From assembly GCA_020348985.1 (NCBI GenBank), contig CP070761.1, positions 2,680,830-2,712,008 of the forward strand: a DNA stretch of 31,179 nucleotides, in the 5' to 3' direction. Below the pieces are notes generated by a model. That model saw nothing but the letters and a program-made list of their open reading frames with translations, did not search any database and was not told the DNA's origin. Below, piece by piece: positions 1 to 9,754 of the stretch (its first letter is position 1; each line of letters begins with the position of its first letter). This DNA is from Candidatus Thorarchaeota archaeon. GTDB taxonomy: Archaea; Asgardarchaeota; Thorarchaeia; Thorarchaeales; Thorarchaeaceae. A program made the translations under genes and the position numbers.

Positions 1-2
1 CT

Positions 3-542
3 CAAAGCATTGTGCTGGAGAGAAATGCATTCCGAGCTGACCAATTTGCACTGTCCGGTAATCCAAACGCTTGGTATCAAGATGCAGCAAAGGAGATTCT
101 AGAGCAGACTGATGGAGCATTTGATGCATTCTGTGACTTTGTAGGAAGTGGTGGGACATTCGCTGGATTATCCAAGGCATTCAAGGAGTGCAATCCGGGA
201 ATCAAATGCTACATAATCGAACCTGTCGTAGCCGCCGTTATTGGAGGTGGAGAAATCACAAACAGAGGAGACCACAGAATTCAGGGTGGTGGATATGCGG
301 ACTCGAATCTTCAGCATCTTGAAAATGTTACAATTGACGGTTGTCTCACTGTTACTGAAGAAGACGCTTATGAGACGTCTCGACTATTGGCAAGGGTAGA
401 GGGTATCTTCGTTGGCCCGTCGTCTGGTGCCAATGTACATGGTGCAATCCAGCTGCTGGAAGGACCAATGAGTGGAAAGACAGTACTCGTGGTTCTTTCG
501 GATTCCGGCTTGAAGTACCTGAGTACGAACCTGTGGGAGTAG
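3..542 (+). CDS. PLP-dependent cysteine synthase family protein (C-terminal part; truncated by the window edge)
   Basis: VGSGGTFAG PLP-phosphate loop, HRIQGGG, EGIFVGPSSGAN and DSGLKYLST motifs. The frame is open back to the window start and the N-terminal PLP lysine is not present. Confidence 0.85.
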   Translation, partial: QSIVLERNAFRADQFALSGNPNAWYQDAAKEILEQTDGAFDAFCDFVGSGGTFAGLSKAFKECNPGIKCYIIEPVVAAVIGGGEITNRGDHRIQGGGYADSNLQHLENVTIDGCLTVTEEDAYETSRLLARVEGIFVGPSSGANVHGAIQLLEGPMSGKTVLVVLSDSGLKYLSTNLWE

Positions 543-595
543 GTTGATGCTCCTCTCTTCGACTGGGAAATGATATATCTGGGCTTGAGTGCGAA

Positions 596-1066
596 ATGAA
601 TCGGACGGAGCAGATCTCAATGCCTGATGACCCAAAGAAACTTGCACGAGAGTACTTCGCCTCTGGATACAACTGCACACAAGCTGTCCTTAGGAGCGTT
701 CTCGAAGAACGAGGTTTGATGTTCAACCAAGTCCCTTTGGTTGCATCTGGTTTCGGCGGAGGAATCGGTCGACAGGGAGGCATATGCGGCGCCGCAACTG
801 GAGGCGTCATGGCAATTGGAATGTTGATTGGAGAGTTTGCGAAAGACAACACGGAACAGAAGAATCTAGCATACGAGAAAGTGACCGAATTCCTCAATCG
901 ATTTCGCAATGAGTACTCAACAGTTGAATGTCGTGATCTGATTGGGTATGATGTCAGTGACCACGATTCTAGGAAGAAAGCCTACGATGATGGAGTATTT
1001 GCCAGATTGTGTCCTGGCTTCGTAGAGAGTGCAGTAGAGTATGTCCTTGACATCTTTCCTATCTAG
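596..1066 (+). CDS. C_GCAxxG_C_C family putative redox-active protein
   Basis: GYNCTQAVL, GFGGGIG, ICGAATGG, ECRDL and LCPGFV match the family cysteine pattern. Confidence 0.85.
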   Translation: MNRTEQISMPDDPKKLAREYFASGYNCTQAVLRSVLEERGLMFNQVPLVASGFGGGIGRQGGICGAATGGVMAIGMLIGEFAKDNTEQKNLAYEKVTEFLNRFRNEYSTVECRDLIGYDVSDHDSRKKAYDDGVFARLCPGFVESAVEYVLDIFPI

Positions 1067-2732
1067 CCTTGAATCTGAATTGTTCATCAAACATCCTTTT
1101 GAGTTCTTCAAGCTTCATTACATCACTCGGACCTTTGTCGTCACGAATCCTCACGATGCGAGCAAACCTAAGAGCCATTCCTGACTTGTATGTTGGACTT
1201 GTCTGAATTTCACTTGCCAAGACCTCGACAACAACCGCCGGTTGCACCTGTACAATGTGTCTGTTTTCTCCTGTCTTCAGACTCAGAAATCGTCGAGTCA
1301 TTTCTTCGAGCTCCTTGTCAGTGAGACCCTTGAAGGTCTTCCCGACCATTGCATATTCGCCTGAATCCTCGTCCCACACAGCAAGATGGTAATCAGACAA
1401 CCACTTGCTCCTTCTGCCGTGACCCCATTCGACGGCAATAACCATCAGGTCCACCGTTTCAAGAGTGTGTTTGATCTTGAACCAGTTCTTACCTCTCACC
1501 CCTGGCAAGTAGGGGGAGTCAGTACGTTTTGCCACAAGTCCTTCATGTCCAAGTTCTCTGCTTCGCTCGAAGAATTCTGTAGCTTTCTCCAAACCCTTGG
1601 GCTCAAGCCTCTCTATGAGTAGGCCTGATGGCGTGATTCCTTCGAGTATCTTCCGTCTCCTCTCATTTGGCTCGTCAACCAATGACTTGCCATCCAGAAA
1701 CAAGACATCAAAGATATGGAGACTGAGTTGAACCTCTTCACTAGACACCTCAACATCTTGAACTCTGCCAAATCTCCTCATCACCACTTGGAATGGATAT
1801 GGACGACCTTCATCATCGATGGGGACAACTTCTCCATCAAGAACACATTGTTTACACGTGAATTCCTCTTGCACGAGTTCAACAATCTCTGGAAGGCTCT
1901 CCGTCACTTCCAACAGTCTTCTGGAGAATATTCGGACATCTCTCTCATCCTTGTGGATTTGCACTCTTGCCCCATCGAGCTTCAGCTCTAGCGCAAATTC
2001 GCCACTTCTAACTAGCTCTTCCAGAGCGTCTACTTCCTGTGGGGCCGCCAGCATTGGTTTGACAGGCCGCATGAGTCTTATGGAAATCTGAGAGAGTCCT
2101 GATTCTCCATCTACCATTGCTATTTGGGCAACTTCTCCAAGATCTCCAAGGAGTTGCCATGCACGTCTCACCAGTGTCGGATCCAAACCACTTGCCTTGG
2201 CAATTGCTTCTGCAACTATACCTTCGGATGCGCCTGTTCTAAGGTCACCAAGGATTATGGCGACCAAGTACCTAGCTTCTCGAGGAGATGCATCTGTGAT
2301 CAATCTGGCAATAATGGCCTCCTTCTCTTTTCGGGAGCCTTTCCCTGATGCTGAGGAAATCCTATCAATCCCCTGCCTCACAGAGAGCAAAGTCAGAGGC
2401 TCATCGAATAGAGAGATTTGTCGGGGTGCGTCCAGTGACTCCAGAAGAGACGCAACCATCTCACCTGTGTCGCCTTCATAGTGCTTCCCTAATTCGTCGT
2501 CCTTGAACTGAAGAATTTGATGCAATGCGTTCTTGATACCGGCCCAAGACACGTCAAGCGTTCTTTGGTCACTCTCGGAAAATACCTTCCCGGACAAGAA
2601 GTAAACAGCAGTTGAGACCTCTTCAGGGGACAGCTCCCGAATATACTGAGCCAGTAGATTGATCTTCTTGTTACGACCAGAGACAATGCTCACATCGTCC
2701 AAGACCTTTGCCAACTCGGCGAAGTGGGACAT
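1059..2732 (-). CDS. lig: ATP-dependent DNA ligase (archaeal type)
   Basis: Adenylation motif ELKLDGARVQIH, plus LDGEVV, FDVL, EGLVAK, WFKIK and ALRFARIVRIRDDK; N-terminal DNA-binding domain; 557 aa. Confidence 0.95.
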   Translation of the reverse strand: MSHFAELAKVLDDVSIVSGRNKKINLLAQYIRELSPEEVSTAVYFLSGKVFSESDQRTLDVSWAGIKNALHQILQFKDDELGKHYEGDTGEMVASLLESLDAPRQISLFDEPLTLLSVRQGIDRISSASGKGSRKEKEAIIARLITDASPREARYLVAIILGDLRTGASEGIVAEAIAKASGLDPTLVRRAWQLLGDLGEVAQIAMVDGESGLSQISIRLMRPVKPMLAAPQEVDALEELVRSGEFALELKLDGARVQIHKDERDVRIFSRRLLEVTESLPEIVELVQEEFTCKQCVLDGEVVPIDDEGRPYPFQVVMRRFGRVQDVEVSSEEVQLSLHIFDVLFLDGKSLVDEPNERRRKILEGITPSGLLIERLEPKGLEKATEFFERSRELGHEGLVAKRTDSPYLPGVRGKNWFKIKHTLETVDLMVIAVEWGHGRRSKWLSDYHLAVWDEDSGEYAMVGKTFKGLTDKELEEMTRRFLSLKTGENRHIVQVQPAVVVEVLASEIQTSPTYKSGMALRFARIVRIRDDKGPSDVMKLEELKRMFDEQFRFKAR

Positions 2733-2759
2733 ATTCTTCTTCTCGTTGAATTCTGTCTA

Positions 2760-2806
2760 GTGTATTTAAGCTCTGGATATAATTCTCCGAGTAAGACGTT
2801 TAAGAC
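2760..2806. promoter_or_regulatory. Candidate divergent TATA-like promoter elements between lig and the DUF3795-like gene
   Basis: TATTTAAG (2763-2770) and TTTAAG (2799-2804) in an 89-nt divergent intergenic gap, about 20-35 nt from each start codon. Confidence 0.3.
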
Positions 2807-2821
2807 ATTGGTGCACTGTGG

Positions 2822-3889
2822 ATGTGTGCTCAAAGTCGAGGAGAGGAGAACCACTTGATCGGGAAATGCGGCCATAACTGTAGTCTTTGCCCTTGGTCGC
2901 GGACAAGACACGAACGGCTGCAACCCGGAGAATGGGACTCGTTCTTTGAGGAGGTCAAGAAGTACGTTGGCTACTCCGTGACAAAGAATCCATGTCATGG
3001 TTGTCAGACGCCTGACAACAAGCTCTCTAGAGATGTTGGAGTGCACAACTTCGTGCGTGGCTGCCCAGCAAGGAAATGTGCCCAGCTCAATCAAGTGAGG
3101 AACTGTGCATATTGCTCAGAGTATCCATGTCATGAGATTGAGATCATGAATGAAGAGATCACAAGGGAGTCTGTTGCCGCCAGGATTGGCGAGGAGGTGC
3201 CGGATTGTGCATATCAAGCATACATCGAGATTTTCCAAGGAATGGCGCAGCTTGATCCAATTCGGGAGACCCTTGCACTTGAGGAAATCGTACAAGCGAG
3301 ATTTGTGGAAAGGAAGACCCCCAAGACAGTCGGTTTTCCCGGCGGGGTCAGTATTGGTAAAAACCGCATGGTTGCATTCAGAACTTTGCACAAGATGCTT
3401 ACTGGAATAGCAAGATCTTCATTCGGCTTGAAGGATATCGAAACCTACGCTGTAGGTGAGAGACTAAAGAAGCGAAGAAAGTCAGTTCAAAGATTCCTAT
3501 GGATAGTCGGTCGCTATGGGACAATCAGAGAAGAAGAAAGCGATCTGCTTCTTAACAGTCTGCTGTACTCGGAGCTGAAGAAGACCGCAAAGGAACTCCC
3601 CAGCTCAGAGTCAGGCATCATTGGTCTTCTTAAGATAGTCAAACGTCACGGTGTGAGAGGCGAAATCATTCCTCTTATAGACAACTGGAAGACGCCAACT
3701 GGCTACCTAAGAGACAGGGCGGGAAACAAGCCTGGCTGGCAGATTCGTGTCTGGTTGACTAAAGCGGCTGGAGATTTCGAGGGACTGAAAGCACTCAATG
3801 ATTACGCAAAACTGCTCACTGATGAATATGGACGGAGAGCTTTCGGGAGGTTCTGTGAAGCAAACATGTCTGTCATCGAAAGTGCCTAG
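2822..3889 (+). CDS. DUF3795-like Cys-rich (metal/Fe-S binding) domain protein with a long C-terminal extension
   Basis: CGHNCSLCP...CHGC...CPARKC...CAYCSEYPC pattern in the N-terminal ~105 aa. Confidence 0.7.
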   Translation: MCAQSRGEENHLIGKCGHNCSLCPWSRTRHERLQPGEWDSFFEEVKKYVGYSVTKNPCHGCQTPDNKLSRDVGVHNFVRGCPARKCAQLNQVRNCAYCSEYPCHEIEIMNEEITRESVAARIGEEVPDCAYQAYIEIFQGMAQLDPIRETLALEEIVQARFVERKTPKTVGFPGGVSIGKNRMVAFRTLHKMLTGIARSSFGLKDIETYAVGERLKKRRKSVQRFLWIVGRYGTIREEESDLLLNSLLYSELKKTAKELPSSESGIIGLLKIVKRHGVRGEIIPLIDNWKTPTGYLRDRAGNKPGWQIRVWLTKAAGDFEGLKALNDYAKLLTDEYGRRAFGRFCEANMSVIESA

Positions 3890-3915
3890 AGAATGACATT
3901 TTGAGGGAGTCTAGA

Positions 3916-4764
3916 ATGAGTCTTGAGGCGCCAGAAATACGAATTCTCGGAATCCAGTTGAGTCAGGAACTCCCTGGTAAGAAGATTGCTGGCTACGAGT
4001 TATCAAGATCGGAGAAAATGCAGAAGATTGGATTCATGAATCGCGACAGTTCGGACTATGAACGAATGATTGGCAGGATTGTTGGGAAGGTGGATTACCG
4101 AGGAATGGCCATTGTAATCGGGCTTGACAAACGGATGAATTTGGTTCTGGCTCCGGAATACGGGGGAGAGATACGTCTGCACAAAAGCGCTGAAGAGATG
4201 CCAAAGAAGTTTCACTTCAAGATAGAGTTCACCGATGGTGGGGTTCTATCCGTTCGCCTAAAGAGCATGGGGGGCATATTGGCACTTGACGATGAGGAAC
4301 TCCTGAAGTCATGGGCTTTTGCACGCGACATGGAAGGAGGGATATACCCTCTTGATGAGTCCGAGTTCACTTTCGAGAACTTCTCTCATGCAATCCGCGA
4401 CAACAACACGGGTATGAAGACCATACTTGTGGGAAAGGATGCTGTTGTTGTAGGATTTGGCAACGCTGCCTACCAAGAGATTATCTTCCAAGCAAAGATT
4501 CATCCAAAACGAAAGGGCGTCGAACTAAAGGAGAAGGAAATCCGTTCGTTGTTCAAGGCAATTGAAACGGTAATCAAGAGGCGCCTTGCAAAGAAGGGTA
4601 AAGATGAATTCGTGGACCTCTACGGAACTCCTGGAAAACACAAACTGATTATGGGATCAAACTTCCGTGACCAGCCGTGCCCACGCTGTGGCACCACGAT
4701 AACCCGTGCAGCAATGGGCGGCGGCCACGTACACTTCTGTTCATCTTGCCAAAAGCTGGGCTAA
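3916..4764 (+). CDS. Fpg/Nei (H2TH) DNA glycosylase-fold protein with non-canonical catalytic residues
   Basis: N-terminal (M)SLEAPE, H2TH VVGFGNAAYQEIIFQAKIHP, C-terminal CPRCG...CSSCQ zinc finger. ATG 3916 follows GGGAG; the ORF track start is 3901. Confidence 0.8.
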   Translation: MSLEAPEIRILGIQLSQELPGKKIAGYELSRSEKMQKIGFMNRDSSDYERMIGRIVGKVDYRGMAIVIGLDKRMNLVLAPEYGGEIRLHKSAEEMPKKFHFKIEFTDGGVLSVRLKSMGGILALDDEELLKSWAFARDMEGGIYPLDESEFTFENFSHAIRDNNTGMKTILVGKDAVVVGFGNAAYQEIIFQAKIHPKRKGVELKEKEIRSLFKAIETVIKRRLAKKGKDEFVDLYGTPGKHKLIMGSNFRDQPCPRCGTTITRAAMGGGHVHFCSSCQKLG

Positions 4765-4855
4765 CCCTTCACTCGACAGACCATCGATATCTCGGCCTGG
4801 TTGAGGAAAGGAAATATACCAAAGCTTCGGCTCACCATTCCGAAGATGTGAGAGA

Positions 4856-7800
4856 ATGGACATCCAGATCCGAGGTGCAAGAGAGCACAACCTCAAAGAT
4901 GTGGATGTCAGATTTGGTGGAGGTCTCACCGTAGTCACTGGAATATCTGGATCAGGGAAGACCTCGCTTGTTTTCGACACCCTTTATCATGAGGCAAGAC
5001 GGAGGTTTTTGGAGGTCTTTAACGCAGGTCGTTCTGTAGCCAGACTTGCGCCAGCGGACGTTGACTCCATTACTGGTATTGGTCCAACGGTCGCAGTCGA
5101 GCAGAATCTTCTCAATCGCAATCCTTTGTCCACATTGGCTTCTGCCTCAGGGCTTCACCCATTTCTTAGACTTCTCTTTGCGAGATTCGGGACAAGACAT
5201 TGCCCAACTTGTCACGAAGGACTTGCTGTCATGTCAGAAGATGAGGTCGTCAAAAGAATACAGAAGGATGCTAGAAAACATCCTGTCGTCGTGGAGGCTG
5301 TACTGGCTCGCGGAATTCGTGGAAGTCATCAAACACTGCTGAAGCTTCTAAGTCAGCAGTTCACCCCACAGGCGCTAGTCATTGACGGAAAGAAATGGAA
5401 TCGGAAAAAGCTACTTGGGGGCACTGAGCATGACATTGCTGTCGTTGTAGGTGACTTTTCAGGCAAAGCCAAAGTTGCAGAAGTCCGTGAAACAGTGGCT
5501 AAAGCTAGAGCACTAGGTGCATCTTCTATTACGGTCCGTGGAAATGATACGACAGCAAGACTGTCAATGGCTAATGTCTGCGGAGTCTGTGGAACTTGGT
5601 TCGGCGACCTGGAACCAAAGCATTTCAGGATCAAGTGCGGCGAATGTGAGGGTGACGGATGTGATGTATGTAACAATACAGGACTTCACCCGCTTGCCGC
5701 AGGAGCGCACTGGGCTGGGCGGACTTTCCCTGAACTGCTGGAGCTGTCAGTGACTGAGGCCTTGTCGGCATTCGAAGCTGAAGACCTTCCATCGACAGCG
5801 GCCAGACTTGAGAGAGAGATTGTGACCAGACTTCACGCACTTGAGACAGTTGGCCTTGGATACGTACAGCTGAATCGACCCTCTCCAAGTCTTTCCCGGG
5901 GGGAATCGCAGAGAGTAAGATTGGCTATCTCGCTCACAAGTCGATTGGAGGACATTGTGCACGTCTTGGACGAGCCCACTATAGGTCAACATCCAGTCGA
6001 TGTTGCACGACTTCTTCCTGCATTTCGCAAGCTACTCGGTCCAGTCATCTATGTTGAACACGATAGACTGGCTGCTGCGGAGGCCGACAGTGCTGTTGAT
6101 TTGGGACCGCGCGCGGGCGCTGCAGGCGGCGAGATTACATTCACTGGTACTCCCTCAGAGCTCTGGAAATCTTCTACGACAACTGGCACTCATTTTAGCC
6201 TTAAACATAGAGTGCACATTCCAGAGTTGCGCCCTGAGCCAACCTCATTCCTGACTGTTCTTGGAGCTCATCAGCACAACCTCAGAGACATTGACGTGCC
6301 AATTGCGCTTGGCCGCCTCAATGTCATAACTGGTCTCTCAGGATCTGGAAAGAGCACCCTGATCGAACATGTATTGGTACCCTCATTGGAGAAGAAGACG
6401 GGAGTTGGATGCAAAGGAGTCGAGGGCCCTGACGTGAAGGCGATTCTTGTGGACCAACGTCCTATCGGCAAGAATCCAAGGTCCAATCCGGCTACGTACA
6501 CAAAACTCTCCGAAATCGTAAGAGACCTTTTCTCTTCAGAAACCGGTCTATCGAGATCGCACTTCTCGTTCAACAGGCCGGAAGGTCATTGCAAATCCTG
6601 CAAAGGCATGGGGGCGACAGAGGTCAAGATGCGTTATCTTCCTTCGATATGGATTCAGTGTTCCGACTGTGAAGGGAAGAGATTCAGGGGCGAGGTTCTA
6701 GCGGCTCACGTCAGATTCGGTGACAAAAAGCTTTCAATCGATGAGTTTTATGACCTGTCAATCGAAGAAGTCAGAGACTTGCTCACAGTCGAGGAACGGC
6801 TTCCTGAAAGCAAGTGCAAGTCTGCCAATAGAATCTTGGACGCCTTGGTAACGATAGGACTTGGCTACATCAAACTGGGACAGCCATCACCAACTTTGAG
6901 CGGGGGCGAAGCTCAACGGGTCAAGCTTGCAAAATACCTTGGCAAGGCAGCCTTGTCAGGCAGCATGTTGATTCTAGATGAGCCATCAACGGGTCTACAC
7001 CCAGAAGATCTCACTGGGCTGCTGAAGGTATTCGATCGTCTCGTGAGGTCCGGGGCGACTATCGTTATAGTCGAACACAATACTGATGTCATTAGAGCAG
7101 CTGATTGGGTAATAGACCTGGGCCCTTCTGGTGGTCCCAACGGGGGGGAGTTGGTGTTCGCTGGAGACCTCGAAGGGCTCATCAAGTCAAAGAGATCCCA
7201 GACAGCCAAGGCCCTTCGACATGAGAGCAAGGTGAAACCTAGAGATCAAGATTCGAAGGAATCTGCATCAACTTCAGAGTTCATTTCTGTCAGAGGCGCT
7301 ACGGCCAACAATCTTCGTAACGTGGATGTTCGGATTCCCAAGGGCAAGCTCAGTGTCGTCACAGGGCCGTCAGGATCTGGAAAGAGCTCACTTGTGCGAG
7401 ACGTTCTTCAAGCTGAGGCTGATAGACGATACTACGAGACCCTCTCAGTCTACGAACGCCAAGGCACTCGTGAAGGTCCCGAGGCTCCTGTTGAGTCAGT
7501 CTCAGGACTCGGTGTGTCTCTTGTTATTAGTTCGAGACGACGGCGTGGGGCTGGGTATTGGGATGTCTATGCTCTTAGGTCAAAAGTCGGAACTGTAACA
7601 GAAATCTCCAATCATCTTTCAGCGCTTCTGGCTACAATCGGAGACCGCAGCTGTCCAAAGTGCGGCGAGATCATGAACAGAAAGGAGTACTGGGAATGTC
7701 CTGAATGTGGCACAAAGAGGACAATGTTCAAGCCGCGGGATTTCTCTTCTCGGACTTACTCTTCCGCTTGCGAAATATGCAGTGGCATTAGCCACACTCA

Positions 7801-9754
7801 GATTCCTGTTCCTGAGAAGCTTCTAGTAAATCCAGATAAGCCGATATGTGACGGGGCGATGTACTCTCCTGGTTACTTTCCCAAGGGCTACTTCTGTACT
7901 GAGACGAGCTGGGCATACGGTGCACTTCGAGCTTTGGGAGCCCGATACGGGTTTGACCCTGCAGTCACTCCGTGGAACGAAATGTCAGAGAAAGCACAAG
8001 AGACGTTTCTTTACGGAGACTCTAGCTCGGATCCACTGGAGATTACATATCTGGGAACGCGGAGAGGTAAGCGAGTCGAAGTCAAGTCAAAAGGTAAGTG
8101 GGCTGGATTCTACCGCTGGGTTTCGGATTGGGATATCGGCGGCACATACACACGAAGAGAGCCGTGTGAAGCTTGCAAAGGAACGGGACTCAGACCAGAG
8201 TTTCTCACTGTTAGGCTCGCAGGTCACAACATTCACGAAATGAAAGAGATGCCCCTTTCAGAACTTAAGGAAGTAATAGAAGGTCTTAGCACGGTAGGTG
8301 CGCCTGAATGCACGGCTTGGGACAGCACTAAACGTGTTCGGTCTCGTTTGGATTTCCTTGAGAAGGTCGGCCTTGGATATCTTCATCTGAATCGTGTGGC
8401 CTCAACGCTCTCTGCCGGAGAGGCGCAGCGTATCATCCTGGCCTCTCTTCTTGGGAGTGGCCTGACTTCGCTTACGATTCTTCTTGATGAGCCCACACGA
8501 GGAATGCATCCTTCTGAAGTTGATGCGCTGATTGACTCGCTCCATGATTTGAGAGACGAGGGCAACACAGTCATAGTGGTTGAACACGACTCGTCTGTAA
8601 TCAGAGCGGCAGACGAGATAATCGACATGGGACCATCATCTGGGAAGTCAGGTGGGTCTATAGTCGCACAGGGCACTCCAAGCAACATCCAGATGTCTGA
8701 CACACTTACGGCGGAATGGCTGAAAGGCGAGAGGCACATTGACCTGAAGGGACCTCGAAGAACTCCATTGTCTTGGATGACTGTAAAGGGTGCACGGGAG
8801 CACAATCTTCAGAACCTAACCGTAGAGATTCCGCTTGGAGTACTGACCGGAATCTGCGGCGTATCAGGATCAGGCAAGAGCACTTTGATGATTGACACTT
8901 TGGGGCGTGAGCTAGCCCCGAAGAAATTTTCGACAAGTGTCTCTTACGAGATTCTCGAACCTGGAGAACATGACAAAGTAGAAGGACGCCCACATCGCAC
9001 TGTTTTGCTTGATCAAGGACGCAAGGGCATCCGGAGCCCGGGTCAAGCGTTAGGTCTGTTCAAGCCACTACTGTCAATCTTCTCAGAGAGTGAAGATGCA
9101 TATGCATTGGGAGTTGATTTGAAGACGCTTGCCGAGCCATGCAGTGTCTGCGAAGGACGAGGAAGGATACGAACAGACATGGGATTCCTTCCAGACGTCT
9201 TCAGTTCCTGCGAGATATGCAATGGCACGGGTAGAAGTCCTGAGGCATGGGACATACGAGTGAAAGGCATCTCTCTCCCAGAGTTGAACTATCTCACGTT
9301 GGGCGAGATTAACGAGCTATTCGGATATGATGAGGAGATTTCGAAGAAGATTCAGGCCGCCATAGATGTTGGACTTGACTACCTTGTTCTCCATCAGCCT
9401 AGTGTTACACTCTCAGGTGGTGAGATTCAGCGACTCAAGATTGCTCAGGAGCTTTCAAAGACAAACAAGATTGGGACGTTGTTCATTCTGGATGAGCCAA
9501 CTGTCGGTCAACATATGGAAGATGTGGGCCGGCTGATAGGAGTGCTAGACCATCTGGTGTCGGAAGGCAACAGTGTGGTGGTAGTAGAACATCATCCTCA
9601 CATCTTGGCGGCGTGTGACTGGCTCATCGAATTGGGTCCAGTCGGCGGCCCCAATGGGGGAAGAGTAATCGCCACAGGAACCCCAGAAACAGTCTCAAAG
9701 ATGAACACCCCCACATCACCCTATCTAACCCAAGTTCTGGAGGGAGAAATGTGA
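4856..9754 (+). CDS. uvrA: Double-length UvrA-family ABC ATPase (two UvrA units fused, four nucleotide-binding domains)
   Basis: Four (G)AxxxNL + GxSGSGK(S/T) Walker A motifs, four LSxGExQR signatures, four LDEP Walker B motifs and multiple CxxC pairs; 1632 aa. Confidence 0.9.
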   Translation: MDIQIRGAREHNLKDVDVRFGGGLTVVTGISGSGKTSLVFDTLYHEARRRFLEVFNAGRSVARLAPADVDSITGIGPTVAVEQNLLNRNPLSTLASASGLHPFLRLLFARFGTRHCPTCHEGLAVMSEDEVVKRIQKDARKHPVVVEAVLARGIRGSHQTLLKLLSQQFTPQALVIDGKKWNRKKLLGGTEHDIAVVVGDFSGKAKVAEVRETVAKARALGASSITVRGNDTTARLSMANVCGVCGTWFGDLEPKHFRIKCGECEGDGCDVCNNTGLHPLAAGAHWAGRTFPELLELSVTEALSAFEAEDLPSTAARLEREIVTRLHALETVGLGYVQLNRPSPSLSRGESQRVRLAISLTSRLEDIVHVLDEPTIGQHPVDVARLLPAFRKLLGPVIYVEHDRLAAAEADSAVDLGPRAGAAGGEITFTGTPSELWKSSTTTGTHFSLKHRVHIPELRPEPTSFLTVLGAHQHNLRDIDVPIALGRLNVITGLSGSGKSTLIEHVLVPSLEKKTGVGCKGVEGPDVKAILVDQRPIGKNPRSNPATYTKLSEIVRDLFSSETGLSRSHFSFNRPEGHCKSCKGMGATEVKMRYLPSIWIQCSDCEGKRFRGEVLAAHVRFGDKKLSIDEFYDLSIEEVRDLLTVEERLPESKCKSANRILDALVTIGLGYIKLGQPSPTLSGGEAQRVKLAKYLGKAALSGSMLILDEPSTGLHPEDLTGLLKVFDRLVRSGATIVIVEHNTDVIRAADWVIDLGPSGGPNGGELVFAGDLEGLIKSKRSQTAKALRHESKVKPRDQDSKESASTSEFISVRGATANNLRNVDVRIPKGKLSVVTGPSGSGKSSLVRDVLQAEADRRYYETLSVYERQGTREGPEAPVESVSGLGVSLVISSRRRRGAGYWDVYALRSKVGTVTEISNHLSALLATIGDRSCPKCGEIMNRKEYWECPECGTKRTMFKPRDFSSRTYSSACEICSGISHTQIPVPEKLLVNPDKPICDGAMYSPGYFPKGYFCTETSWAYGALRALGARYGFDPAVTPWNEMSEKAQETFLYGDSSSDPLEITYLGTRRGKRVEVKSKGKWAGFYRWVSDWDIGGTYTRREPCEACKGTGLRPEFLTVRLAGHNIHEMKEMPLSELKEVIEGLSTVGAPECTAWDSTKRVRSRLDFLEKVGLGYLHLNRVASTLSAGEAQRIILASLLGSGLTSLTILLDEPTRGMHPSEVDALIDSLHDLRDEGNTVIVVEHDSSVIRAADEIIDMGPSSGKSGGSIVAQGTPSNIQMSDTLTAEWLKGERHIDLKGPRRTPLSWMTVKGAREHNLQNLTVEIPLGVLTGICGVSGSGKSTLMIDTLGRELAPKKFSTSVSYEILEPGEHDKVEGRPHRTVLLDQGRKGIRSPGQALGLFKPLLSIFSESEDAYALGVDLKTLAEPCSVCEGRGRIRTDMGFLPDVFSSCEICNGTGRSPEAWDIRVKGISLPELNYLTLGEINELFGYDEEISKKIQAAIDVGLDYLVLHQPSVTLSGGEIQRLKIAQELSKTNKIGTLFILDEPTVGQHMEDVGRLIGVLDHLVSEGNSVVVVEHHPHILAACDWLIELGPVGGPNGGRVIATGTPETVSKMNTPTSPYLTQVLEGEM

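Noticed and set aside
352-909. 185-aa minus-strand ORF and the many other antisense or nested ORFs in the track
   Set aside because: They are shadows of well-supported genes on the opposite strand or frame and carry no motifs.
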